A DNA stretch of 63,965 bases from a virus (taxonomy: Duplodnaviria; Caudoviricetes): the IMG/VR virus record IMGVR_UViG_3300033145_000191, positions 1 through 63,965 of that record; one strand, given 5' to 3'. The position numbers and the translations under genes are program-made. Under the pieces are notes generated by a model. It did not search any database. It was not told where the DNA came from and saw nothing but the letters and a program-made list of their open reading frames with translations. Positions 48,611 through 58,416 of this stretch are shown in pieces (within the stretch, counting starts at the first letter, position 1; the number at the start of each line of letters is the position of its first letter).

Positions 48611-49282
48611 ATGATGATGGGGGACGCTAAACAAGAAAACATCAAAGGCGTTACAGAAATAATGGTTCAAGATGTTCGTAATGGTCATAAACAAGCAGCA
48701 AATCAAATTATCCTACTCCATTTACCAATGGCCAAACGGATTAGCAAATCAATTGCAAGACACCACATGCCAAGTAGAAAACCAGGAATAGAAGGTGCGG
48801 GTTTGCTTGGTGTGGTTGTAGCAGTTAAGCGGGCACCAATGGTTATGTATAACAATATTATATCACCATACATAGCCACACATGTCCGCAAAGAAATACA
48901 AGAGTTTTTGGAACATGATCATTTAGTTCATATTCCAAGAGGTGAGTTTAAGAAACTAATTGAAAAACATGAGAATATAAACTTTATCCCATTGTATTAT
49001 AGAAGCACACCTGCATATGTTGATGATTCAGGAGAATATCGTGGTGGAGATTTTGAGCATTTAGCAAAATGTTCAGTTACTCAATACCATGACGATGTTG
49101 AAATCGCTGACACACTACAAGCAATAAAAGCAACAGAATACGAGAAGAAAATAGTCATGCTCCGATTAAAGAACTACACACTTGAAGAAATTGGAAATCG
49201 TCTTGGAACATCAGCAGTAACAATACACAATTATCTTATTCAATTACAAAAGAAATGGAGACACTGCTCATGCGTCCAATAA
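48611..49282 (+). CDS. Sigma70-family-like transcription factor
   Basis: Region 2-like HLPMAKRI...GLLGVV; region 4 HTH YTLEEIGNRLGTSAVTI. Confidence 0.7.
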   Translation: MMMGDAKQENIKGVTEIMVQDVRNGHKQAANQIILLHLPMAKRISKSIARHHMPSRKPGIEGAGLLGVVVAVKRAPMVMYNNIISPYIATHVRKEIQEFLEHDHLVHIPRGEFKKLIEKHENINFIPLYYRSTPAYVDDSGEYRGGDFEHLAKCSVTQYHDDVEIADTLQAIKATEYEKKIVMLRLKNYTLEEIGNRLGTSAVTIHNYLIQLQKKWRHCSCVQ

Positions 49283-49827
49283 TCTTTGTTGATATGGATG
49301 ATGTCATTGTTAATTTTCATGATGCGTGTATGGCAGTTCATGGGAAAACAAAACCAACTCAAGAGGAATGGCCAAAGGGCAATTATGATATGCCCACAGT
49401 TCTGAATATAACCAATGCTCAATTCAAGAAACCTCTGAATGAGCTTTTTTATACTGCTTTGCCTATAGCACCATACGCAAAGTTGTTACTCGAAATGCTT
49501 GAGACTAAAGGTAATGTATGCATACTCACAAGCCTATACAAATACGATACACCTAAAGGTAAGTTACTATGGCTTAATAACTATTTGCCATGGTATCTTG
49601 ACCGTAACAAAATCGTCATGGCATATGATAAAAGTTATTGTGCATCACCCCATGCAATACTTATTGATGATTGCGATAATCATGTTAAAGGATTTTTAGA
49701 GGCCGGCGGATTAGGTATTACTTTTCCTCAGCCTTGGAATCATAACCATAAAATAGTAAGTGATGGTGCAAAATGTTGTTATGTAATAGAACAAGTTAAC
49801 TCGATTATTGAATCCATGATAGAATAA
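49270..49827 (+). CDS. HAD 5'(3')-deoxyribonucleotidase (NT5C-like)
   Basis: FVDMDDVI, ILTS, K..WL, LIDD, QPWN. Confidence 0.85.
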   Translation: MRPIIFVDMDDVIVNFHDACMAVHGKTKPTQEEWPKGNYDMPTVLNITNAQFKKPLNELFYTALPIAPYAKLLLEMLETKGNVCILTSLYKYDTPKGKLLWLNNYLPWYLDRNKIVMAYDKSYCASPHAILIDDCDNHVKGFLEAGGLGITFPQPWNHNHKIVSDGAKCCYVIEQVNSIIESMIE

Positions 49828-50030
49828 TCTTCGGTAAGTAGGCAGCAGCGAGCGACAAAGGTATTTGCGAATAACCCAAGTTGCCATGACCTGCTGCCTA
49901 CTGCCACTATTATAAAAGGAGGTGCAGAATGCGGAAGCGTTAAAAACACGAGTAGCCGGCCAGTGTAGGATGGCGGTCATGCTTGGTGCATGACCGTCGG
50001 CCTACCCAACATTAACATTAAGGAAAAGAC

Positions 50031-50273
50031 ATGGAATACACTAGAATAACAATAAGCAATGCAAAAGTCATCAAGACGGTAGCCGGTATAGATGCGCCTG
50101 ATGCAGAACCAACCGTAACATTAGAGATTTTTGGAATCACTAACAATGTGCTGAAGCGAGAAACTTATGAAGATATTCATAAAAAGCTTGGTGACGTAGC
50201 TTTTATAGTAGACGAAGCTATTGAGAACGCGTCAATAATCAATTTACTTCGGGGTCGCATTACCAGAAAATGA
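50031..50273 (+). CDS. Hypothetical protein
   Basis: AAGGAAAAGACATG start context shared with the PolX gene. Confidence 0.55.
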   Translation: MEYTRITISNAKVIKTVAGIDAPDAEPTVTLEIFGITNNVLKRETYEDIHKKLGDVAFIVDEAIENASIINLLRGRITRK

Positions 50274-50387
50274 TTAACTTTATAATTGTGTAGCTACGTG
50301 GGCGGGAGAAATGCTCCCTATGGCCTACAAAATAGGCAACTAGAATCCGGTAGCTACACAATTATTATTAAATATAAAGGAAAAGAC

Positions 50388-50885
50388 ATGAGTAATACAA
50401 AATGGGAAAGATATGCAGGTGTAAAGGCTGTTGAGGATTTACGCCGGTTTATTTTTCCTGGCTTCCGAGTAGAAGTGGCAGGATCATTGCGGCGAGAATG
50501 TAAGACGATTCATGATATCGATTTAGTAATCATGGGTAATAGCAGGGACATAGCTGCTTGTCTACAAGATGTTCATATTAATCAAATTGGAGATAGACGT
50601 ATCAGATTCGAGTATCTTAGCATCCCGATTGATGTGTGTTGTGTGTCGTTTGAGTGGGAATGGGACCCAATGCTCTTACATCACACAGGTTCATGTGAGT
50701 TCAACATCTTCATGAGGGCAATTGCAAAAGCTAAAGGGTATAAGTTAAATGAGTATGGCCTTGAGGTTAATAAAAATTGTGGTATTACAGCAGAAGAGCA
50801 TATTTTCAGCGCTCTTGGTGTTAAGTATATTAGACCAATACTTCGATCAGTTCAAAATAGCTTTGCATGGGAGAGAATATCATGA
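50388..50885 (+). CDS. Minimal DNA polymerase X (beta-like palm+thumb)
   Basis: AGSLRR...DIDLV, HTGS..FN..MR, LNEYGL, EEHIF..LG. Confidence 0.88.
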   Translation: MSNTKWERYAGVKAVEDLRRFIFPGFRVEVAGSLRRECKTIHDIDLVIMGNSRDIAACLQDVHINQIGDRRIRFEYLSIPIDVCCVSFEWEWDPMLLHHTGSCEFNIFMRAIAKAKGYKLNEYGLEVNKNCGITAEEHIFSALGVKYIRPILRSVQNSFAWERIS

Positions 50886-51193
50886 GCAAGGATCTTTTGA
50901 ATGACATGTTTGATGTTATAGATCGCCAAGTAGCAGAACGTAAAACACGAATAGTGGAATATAATCAAGCATTACGTTCGCCAGATAGTCTATGGCGTGA
51001 GCAAGTAGATGGCAAAATCTACACGTTTGGATTCTGGCATATGCCTGGCGGGATAGTAAAATCACCCCGCCATAAGAATGGTTTTCATCCATACGATTAT
51101 ACAATTATTACTGATGATGAAATCAAAATATTAACTAAAGTAGCATACAACACACCCAAGCCACTGAGAGGAGAGGATGATGTCCAAACGTGA
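50882..51193 (+). CDS. Hypothetical protein
   Basis: ATGA coupling with PolX. Confidence 0.55.
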   Translation: MSKDLLNDMFDVIDRQVAERKTRIVEYNQALRSPDSLWREQVDGKIYTFGFWHMPGGIVKSPRHKNGFHPYDYTIITDDEIKILTKVAYNTPKPLRGEDDVQT

Positions 51194-52292
51194 ATTTCTG
51201 ATGCTAGCCCATACCTATAAAAAAGGTAAACATAGATTGGGCGGGCACTATATCTCAGAGAAGTGTGATGGTCACCGTATACTGTGGGATGGTGGAATCA
51301 CTCGGGGGTTATTGAAATATAAGATTCCTTGGGCAAACAACGATAAAGATGAAAGACTCAGAGAGTTTCAAATAGCAACAGGTCTATGGTCACGTTACGG
51401 TAATGTGATACACGCACCAGACTGGTGGCTTGATTCCTTACCCAAAATCATGCTGGATGGTGAAGGCTTTACGCGGCGAGGCCCGGGCGGTAGGCAAGAA
51501 GCTGCGTCTATCATGAAACAGCATCAACCTGACTTTCGATGGAGAGGGCTTAAATTCAAAGTGTTTGATATGCCGCCATTAGAGACAGTATTTGCTGATG
51601 GGTATATCACTGATACGAATTACCAAAAGATGTTTTATAATATTCCGAAGTGGGTAGAAAAACGGATGGCTGAAATCAAATTTGAGTTTGACTACCGGGT
51701 TCAACCAACTATCAAATTCTTTACAGTCTATAAGTTGTTACAAAAGTGGCTTAAAGGTAATCAGGTAGCTATTGCTCATAAACAAACACAATTGCCATAC
51801 CCGCAGGATGAAGCATATGAAAGAGCACTGGAAATATGCACACAGATCACAGACATGAAGGGTGAGGGTTGTATAATTCGTAATCCTGATATGCCTTATA
51901 CTTGTGAACGTGTTCATCATATGCTGAAACTCAAGCCATACGATGATGCTGAAGGTGTTGTAGTTGGTTACACTACCGGGCGTATGACTGATAAAGGCAG
52001 TCGCCTAATGGGTATGATGGGTGCCCTGATTCTTCGACTCAAAGGCGGCATAAGATTAGAAATTAGTGGATTCACAGATCAAGAACGGATATTAACAGGT
52101 CAAGCAAATTGGGACAATACCACATTAACAGCAAAAGAATGGGCAGTATGCCACCCCGGTTACGAAGTTCCTAACTCGATAGAGGCATTACATTTCCCGC
52201 GCGGGACGTCTGTAACGTTCCGGTATCGTGGTTTATCAGACACCGATATCCCACAAGAGGCGCGTTACTGGAGAAAAAGGGAGAATCTATGA
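51180..52292 (+). CDS. ATP-dependent DNA ligase
   Basis: SEKCDGHR (KxDGxR), LDGE, FD, EGCIIR, LKLKP, OB-fold C-terminus. Confidence 0.9.
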   Translation: MSKREFLMLAHTYKKGKHRLGGHYISEKCDGHRILWDGGITRGLLKYKIPWANNDKDERLREFQIATGLWSRYGNVIHAPDWWLDSLPKIMLDGEGFTRRGPGGRQEAASIMKQHQPDFRWRGLKFKVFDMPPLETVFADGYITDTNYQKMFYNIPKWVEKRMAEIKFEFDYRVQPTIKFFTVYKLLQKWLKGNQVAIAHKQTQLPYPQDEAYERALEICTQITDMKGEGCIIRNPDMPYTCERVHHMLKLKPYDDAEGVVVGYTTGRMTDKGSRLMGMMGALILRLKGGIRLEISGFTDQERILTGQANWDNTTLTAKEWAVCHPGYEVPNSIEALHFPRGTSVTFRYRGLSDTDIPQEARYWRKRENL

Positions 52293-52729
52293 AAGGAACC
52301 CTACTAGATTTATTTGGCTGGTTAGGGAATCTATTCGTAAAGGAACTGAATATGGAAGAAGTTCTTATGCAAAAGATACCTATGTGTGACTTTTGCAAAA
52401 CAACACTGGCGAAATATGATGCGCCAACAGCTCATAATGGTAGCTTTGCATACATGTGTGAAAATTGCGCGCATATCCATAGCACAAAAACCCGGCTCGA
52501 ATTGGGCAAGTCACTTAAACAACGCACATCTGCAGAGCCTAACTTGGAGGGCCCTATTTATCAAGCGATTGAAAAATCATCAATAGAAGAACGGCTTCTT
52601 GGTGACCGTTTTGTTGCGTGTCCACAATGTGGAGAAGAAAGATTTGTAGAACCAGACGCAGACTACGTTTATACTTGTGAAGGGTGTGGCGTAAGAGTGC
52701 GTTGCACTGATCCCATGTTTACAGTATAG
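52289..52729 (+). CDS. Zinc-ribbon hypothetical protein
   Basis: Four CxxC pairs; true start may be 52352. Confidence 0.6.
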   Translation: MKGTLLDLFGWLGNLFVKELNMEEVLMQKIPMCDFCKTTLAKYDAPTAHNGSFAYMCENCAHIHSTKTRLELGKSLKQRTSAEPNLEGPIYQAIEKSSIEERLLGDRFVACPQCGEERFVEPDADYVYTCEGCGVRVRCTDPMFTV

Positions 52730-52838
52730 TAATCCTGTTATTGGGTGAACAGTTTAATAACTGCTCGGGCCGTGTTAGTATTGGGTGGGACTCACGGAGC
52801 AGGATTATAGAAAAGGCAATCAGAAAAGGGCGTGAAGA

Positions 52839-53015
52839 ATGTTTACAATAATTAGTAGCTGTGGGGGATACAAAAGAAGTGGTTTTCTTACGAAGGCCGA
52901 TGCCGAAACATGGAAGCAGACTAACATTCGCGCCTATGCAGCCCAAAAAAGAAAAGCAGAACAGATGCTAGAATCTCTTAATAATAGTATTATTAAAAAG
53001 GAGGAAAACGTATGA
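52839..53015 (+). CDS. Small hypothetical protein (58 aa)
   Basis: MFTIISSCGGYKRSGFLTKADAETW...; ATGA overlap with next gene. Confidence 0.45.
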   Translation: MFTIISSCGGYKRSGFLTKADAETWKQTNIRAYAAQKRKAEQMLESLNNSIIKKEENV

Positions 53016-54028
53016 GGAAGCCGACGTATTTGTCACCTACATCCATTATGCAATGGCAAAAAGATAGAGATGAATTTATAAAAAGCCGTCTCGGAGATGT
53101 GAGGCCACCACGATTACCACAAACACAACCAATGTCTATAGGTTCAGCGTTCGATGCTTATGTTAAGAACTATTTAGTTACAAAACTAAGAGGTAAAACG
53201 CCTCAGGAATTTGAACTTAAGAACATTATTACGGCACAAGTTGAGCCTCATAATCGTGCATGGGCTATTGTTCATGGAAAGCATGCGTTCGAATCATACA
53301 AGTATTCAGGTGCGCTTGCCGACCTGATGCTTGAACTTGACCAGGCTGACGGTGAAGTGCAATTTGAATTCACAGTTGAAAATCGTGTTGTGCATGAAAG
53401 TTGCGTCGGGGGTGTGCCCCTACTTGGCAAACCTGATACATTCTTTAAGACTCTCAAAGGTGCTCATGCTATTCTTGATTACAAGGTGAATGGCTATTGT
53501 TCTGCATCAAACACCAGTCCTGCAAAAGGCTACATGAAGATACGGGATGGATGGACACAAGATGTAGCACCACCATCACGCGGTGTTGGCAATATGCATA
53601 AAGATTGCCAACCAATGATGCATGACGGTTTGACTATCAACATCGGACACAACTTTGAAGACGTTAATCGTGATTTCGCAATTCAGTTGTGTATTTATGC
53701 TTGGGTCTTGGGCGAGCCTGTTGGTTCAGACTTTGTGATAGGAATCGAGCAGCTTGTGTGTAAGGGTAATCCAAAATCAGGATTTCCACTTATTCGTGTT
53801 GCATCACATAGGGGTATGGTTTCCAAGCAATTCCAATTCGATCTGTATAAACAGATTCATGAAATTTGGTATGCAATTCAAAATGACCACATCTTTAGTG
53901 ATGTTAGTAAACAAGAGTCACAGGATCAAGTTGGTTTTCTATTGGATTCTAACAATGCATTCAAACCTGACAGTGACGACCCGAAAGAAAAATGGTTCAT
54001 TGATACTTTTAGACAACATCAATGGTAG
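53012..54028 (+). CDS. PD-(D/E)XK nuclease (Cas4/RecB-like)
   Basis: LSPTSI, GSAFD, GKPD, ILDYK, QLCIY. Confidence 0.8.
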   Translation: MRKPTYLSPTSIMQWQKDRDEFIKSRLGDVRPPRLPQTQPMSIGSAFDAYVKNYLVTKLRGKTPQEFELKNIITAQVEPHNRAWAIVHGKHAFESYKYSGALADLMLELDQADGEVQFEFTVENRVVHESCVGGVPLLGKPDTFFKTLKGAHAILDYKVNGYCSASNTSPAKGYMKIRDGWTQDVAPPSRGVGNMHKDCQPMMHDGLTINIGHNFEDVNRDFAIQLCIYAWVLGEPVGSDFVIGIEQLVCKGNPKSGFPLIRVASHRGMVSKQFQFDLYKQIHEIWYAIQNDHIFSDVSKQESQDQVGFLLDSNNAFKPDSDDPKEKWFIDTFRQHQW

Positions 54029-54206
54029 AAAGGGGTGACTTTTGAAGAAGTCTATTTGCAAAGTAGCTCATGATGAATTCATAAAAGAAATGTTTGACAA
54101 TCCAAGACATAAGATTTTTTGTGGCCGTTTAGTGAAATCTTCACATAGTAAAATTACTAATTGGCTCAGTAAAAGGAAAAAAAGAAAATAGTTATTGGTA
54201 TCTCTA

Positions 54207-54293
54207 GCGCAAATGGCGGAATAGGCATACGCAACGGACTTAAAATCCGTTGATCTTTAGATCATGAGGGTTCGAGTCCCTCTTTGCGCACCA
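54207..54293 (+). tRNA. tRNA-Leu(TAA)
   Basis: Acceptor GCGCAAA/TTTGCGC, anticodon arm ACGGA-CTTAAAA-TCCGT, long variable arm, GGTTCGAGTCC, encoded CCA. Confidence 0.95.
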
Positions 54294-54311
54294 CTATTTG
54301 GAGAAAAGAAA

Positions 54312-54548
54312 ATGATTATTGACATCACACTTGCTGAAACACGAATATTCGAAGCTATAATTAAATTTGATACAGATGAGGACGCCATGTCATTTGGTGA
54401 AGTTGCCTCATTATGGAAAGGTGAATTTGAATACTTGTTCACGGATCAAAAAACAGTGTGTCTTAATATCGAAGCTTCTAATGAATTAGATGCAGCAGAG
54501 CGTCTGACCACTAGCATAAAAGGGGGAGGCTTTGAAATCAGAGAATGA
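54312..54548 (+). CDS. Hypothetical protein
   Basis: GGAG RBS. Confidence 0.55.
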   Translation: MIIDITLAETRIFEAIIKFDTDEDAMSFGEVASLWKGEFEYLFTDQKTVCLNIEASNELDAAERLTTSIKGGGFEIRE

Positions 54549-54602
54549 GAAGAATATTCATTTTACGATGGTGAATTAGGTATCTCTTGGAAGGAGAATG
54601 CA

Positions 54603-55142
54603 ATGGAATTCATAGTAGATGATGTTATTGAAATTAATGACAATGGCACCCTAGGATTCCTCTTGGATATTAACACCAACTCATTAGCACATCATACTAT
54701 TGAAGGTGGACTTTATGAGGTCTCGATGATAGCGAAAGGTGTGGTAACATTATTCCCCGTCAAGGAAAATATTCTCCTAGTGGATAGGACGGATATAGTG
54801 GCCACGATACCACTTCCTGACGACCGCATCATTATCGCTGGCATCAATGATTTGTCAATCCTCAAAATATTTCGTGCTGAGTCGGAAGCTCATGAATGGA
54901 AGCAAGTGTATCCTGAACCAAAGCGTTACGTTCGTTGTGGCAGGGGTATGATGGTCTATGAAGTTATTAGAGTCTCAGGTGATAAAACAAGAGTTAAGAC
55001 AGTGACAAATGGCAGAAGGTATTGGCTTGATAATGCTTCAATCGTTGAACATGTTCAGCCAAAGACGATTTCTGGAATCGAAAACAACAATTGGATTATT
55101 CCAAAGATGTTTGGTGGGGAAGGTCTGTGGTTCACAAAATAA
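54603..55142 (+). CDS. Hypothetical protein
   Basis: AAGGAG RBS. Confidence 0.6.
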   Translation: MEFIVDDVIEINDNGTLGFLLDINTNSLAHHTIEGGLYEVSMIAKGVVTLFPVKENILLVDRTDIVATIPLPDDRIIIAGINDLSILKIFRAESEAHEWKQVYPEPKRYVRCGRGMMVYEVIRVSGDKTRVKTVTNGRRYWLDNASIVEHVQPKTISGIENNNWIIPKMFGGEGLWFTK

Positions 55143-55631
55143 TTTACCATTTTTACAAGAAGGAGTATACGATGAGGAAAACTAACTTTATTGAAGCTAA
55201 GAGTTGTATGGATGCCATTAGTAAAGTAATGGCAAAACATCTTGAAGATGATTCCACAACAAAAATAATAAGCGTCAATCATCAAGGAACAGTATTCGTC
55301 GATTAATTCACCGGTAAAGGAGGTAGGATGCTACTTCTGTTTTGGATTGACTATCCGGTTGCAACCAGACCAGCGGTCACTGGACTGGCCATAGTCATGG
55401 AAAACGTCAATCCCGAGTCAATCTTAGAGAGCCAACCTAATGAGAAAAAGTCAGTGATGCTACGGCTCAAACCATGTAGCACCACGAGGGGGTTTGGCTG
55501 ACTTTAGCGGGGTGACCGCCCCGTAAAAAAAATAATGTATACTGCGTATGAGGAGTTGTCGGTGGGTAATGAGTTGCTAACGAAGTTGACAACTCCTCAG
55601 TTTTAATTAATGTTGACATCTAAGACAAGGA

Positions 55632-55985
55632 GTGCTAATGAGACATGGCCTAATGGTATTTGATTGGAACACCAAAAGTTCCAATATAGATAAATTTTTT
55701 ATGTGTGCTTATCGACGATTAGTTAAAACAGGCGTGTTGTGGTTACGAGTTCAACCAAAATATGGATTTGTAATCGTTGCACTCAAGCACTCTAAGAATT
55801 ATCTAATAGCAACTGACAAACCCTTATTCTGTTTCAAGGCACCTAAGACTATTATACCTACACTTGTTCATGAGCAGAATGACATAGACCCATACACAGC
55901 AAGTATGATTTGTGAAATCTTCCGGCGGCTATTCAAAAATGGCTACACACCCTTCTTTAATTTTAACACAGGGAGACCCTGCTGA
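55632..55985 (+). CDS. Hypothetical protein
   Basis: AAGGAG RBS. Confidence 0.55.
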   Translation: MLMRHGLMVFDWNTKSSNIDKFFMCAYRRLVKTGVLWLRVQPKYGFVIVALKHSKNYLIATDKPLFCFKAPKTIIPTLVHEQNDIDPYTASMICEIFRRLFKNGYTPFFNFNTGRPC

Positions 55986-56191
55986 TGGGCGTAATTGAGA
56001 TAATCAATTACAATTACACAACGTGGGAATTGACTATTGTATACGGTAGTAGCCGCCAATATGTTTATCAGCGGGTGTCACTGTATTGGTATAGGAAATT
56101 GCGCTATTGGTGCGAAAAACAAAACTTTCGTGCTGTAGCTAACTTCTTACATGAATTAGCCATTTGTAATCAAACAGAGGTGAAAATATAA
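55985..56191 (+). CDS. KTSC-like domain protein
   Basis: I..INY....ELTIVY..SRQYVYQRV...Y pattern. Confidence 0.55.
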   Translation: MGVIEIINYNYTTWELTIVYGSSRQYVYQRVSLYWYRKLRYWCEKQNFRAVANFLHELAICNQTEVKI

Positions 56192-57177
56192 TGCGGAAAT
56201 TAATTTTGATGCTTGTAAGTGCATTAGTAATAGGGTGCAATGATGTGGTTCTTGAACCTGTAGGAAAATCACCCGTAAAGATTCTTGTGTGTGGTGGCAT
56301 GAACCTGAGGCTGGGTGATATTCAAAAAAGTTGGCCCGGTGGAGAATTACAATGTTTACGTGCCATGAATACTGATTTGAAAATCATGGGCGCCACACAT
56401 AGAACTGTAGGTGATAAAACAGTATTGATTGAAATCATTGAAATGCATAAAGTAGGACTACGTGCGGTTCCATTCTTAATACATTGGTCCTATGGAGAAA
56501 CTTTAGATAATGTTGTTCATAATATGAATAGGTCATGGGCATGGGTAGATGGATTACGAGCAGTTGGGCTACTTGATGATATTGATATGATTTGGGTAGC
56601 AGATGATGTCAAAGACGATGGACGCGGTTCAAATCAAGGACCAAGGATGCGGGCACACTTAAAGAAACTAATGCCTAATATTTCTTTAATGGTTAGCCCG
56701 ACTTCTGGTTCAAGTGCCACCTATGGGGAAACGATGCTGGAACCTAAGCCTGATATTGTGCTACGGCAAATCTACCCATTTCATGCACACTATAATCCAG
56801 ACCACAAGGTGGATGAAGAACAATATGAGGCTTTTGTTTCTGCTCTGCTTACAGCGTCTCGCCCTCAAGATGGATTCTGGTTTCCTGCTTTTGGACACCC
56901 TAATTGGAATGAGGATTTATCAGAACTCTCATGGGGTCACTGTTACTATGCACCACCACCAGGCCGATTGTATAAACTATTGCGCCGTGTATGGGATGAG
57001 GGTCACCGTGGCCCATATGGACTCTTTGTCTTGAATTGGGAAAATGATTCCCACATCGGATTATATGATCGGAAGATGCTTCTTGAACAACACAATTGGA
57101 AAGAAGCAAGAACATACCTATGGTATGAAGTTCAGAAATTTGTTCAGGAGATTATCCTTGAAACATTAAAAGAATAA
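56191..57177 (+). CDS. Lipoprotein with possible glycoside-hydrolase-like TIM barrel
   Basis: Signal peptide with lipobox VIGC; WVADD, DIVLRQIYP. Confidence 0.5.
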   Translation: MRKLILMLVSALVIGCNDVVLEPVGKSPVKILVCGGMNLRLGDIQKSWPGGELQCLRAMNTDLKIMGATHRTVGDKTVLIEIIEMHKVGLRAVPFLIHWSYGETLDNVVHNMNRSWAWVDGLRAVGLLDDIDMIWVADDVKDDGRGSNQGPRMRAHLKKLMPNISLMVSPTSGSSATYGETMLEPKPDIVLRQIYPFHAHYNPDHKVDEEQYEAFVSALLTASRPQDGFWFPAFGHPNWNEDLSELSWGHCYYAPPPGRLYKLLRRVWDEGHRGPYGLFVLNWENDSHIGLYDRKMLLEQHNWKEARTYLWYEVQKFVQEIILETLKE

Positions 57178-57255
57178 ACATAAATGGTCTATTGTTGAGA
57201 TCTCGAAGTATATTCAAGAAGCAACATGTATGGCCAAAATCTAGGAGGAAATCAG

Positions 57256-57480
57256 ATGAGTGAGAAAAACATGAAAATAGAAATAAGCACAACATTTTTC
57301 ATCTTAGCACTTATCATAATTATAATAATAACCTCTGCATTGGGTCATTATTATCTTTCTACTGTCCGATATTCTGAACCAAAAGAACGACCACTGACTG
57401 AAAGTGAACTAGCAGACTGGAACAAATTGCAAGCTGAAAAACTATATGAAAAATTAAAAGACGAACATGGGTGGGAATAA
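57256..57480 (+). CDS. Single-TM membrane protein
   Basis: FFILALIIIIIITSAL; AGGAGG RBS. Confidence 0.6.
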   Translation: MSEKNMKIEISTTFFILALIIIIIITSALGHYYLSTVRYSEPKERPLTESELADWNKLQAEKLYEKLKDEHGWE

Positions 57481-57512
57481 GCATAAAAATTTATTTTGAT
57501 TAGGAGAATCGG

Positions 57513-57749
57513 GTGAATAATTATACTGTGACATTCTACAGCACAGGTATCGGACAACGACATATTGTGGTCAAGGCTTTCAATGCTGAAGATGCTAAAA
57601 TTAAAGCACGTAAAGCATTAGAAGAAACTTATGGTCAGGAGAAAGCAGGACTATGGCTAATTTCAAAAATAAAGACTGGAATCCGTCTGCCACCCGATTC
57701 GAAATTTCAAAAGTTGCATTTCCAAGAGATAGATGGCAAATCCGGATGA
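57513..57749 (+). CDS. Hypothetical protein
   Basis: AGGAG then GTG start. Confidence 0.5.
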   Translation: MNNYTVTFYSTGIGQRHIVVKAFNAEDAKIKARKALEETYGQEKAGLWLISKIKTGIRLPPDSKFQKLHFQEIDGKSG

Positions 57750-57987
57750 AAGCTTCATTTGCACGTTATTCTGTGCAAATAGGTCAAGTAACAGGCAGTC
57801 CGGAATTAGCTGTTGGTGAATTAACAAGATTCCTGCGGTATCTGATACAATCTGAACAGTATGCTGGCAACCGATTCAAACATCAGTTCTATTATTTTCG
57901 TGTGACCATGTGTAGTGATGCTAAATTTAATGGTCATGAACGCTTCTGGATACAAATAGAGCGCGGCAAACGCAATAGGAGTAAGAC

Positions 57988-58206
57988 ATGATTTTCAAAA
58001 TCTGTAAGTCTTGTGCCGAGCAGCTTGGTGGCAGTTATTTAACAAAAGTTAAGCACAATTGGACTTGGGGGTGGTGTGAAGTGTGCGGACACAGGAAGCA
58101 AGTTATTAATCCGATTCACTACCAATGGCCCAAAAGGAAAATTACCAAAGGAATTAGTATGAAGAAACCAATAACCCCAAAACATTCTCCAAGAAGATGT
58201 CGATAA
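57988..58206 (+). CDS. Small zinc-finger-like protein
   Basis: CKSC...CEVC. Confidence 0.55.
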   Translation: MIFKICKSCAEQLGGSYLTKVKHNWTWGWCEVCGHRKQVINPIHYQWPKRKITKGISMKKPITPKHSPRRCR

Positions 58207-58416
58207 TTGCAGAATGCAATGATATAGAACATCGACATGTTGTGGCAGATGAATTAATGTGTGAACTATTAACAACACTTGGCTATACAGCAGGTGTCAA
58301 GAAATTTAAACGTATGGAAATTTACTACGCTTAAGGAGAATATTATAATGCCGCTATAAACTTATAATCAGTCCGCTAACTATTAGTTTTGAGTTTTGGA
58401 AGGGGGAAGTAAAGAA

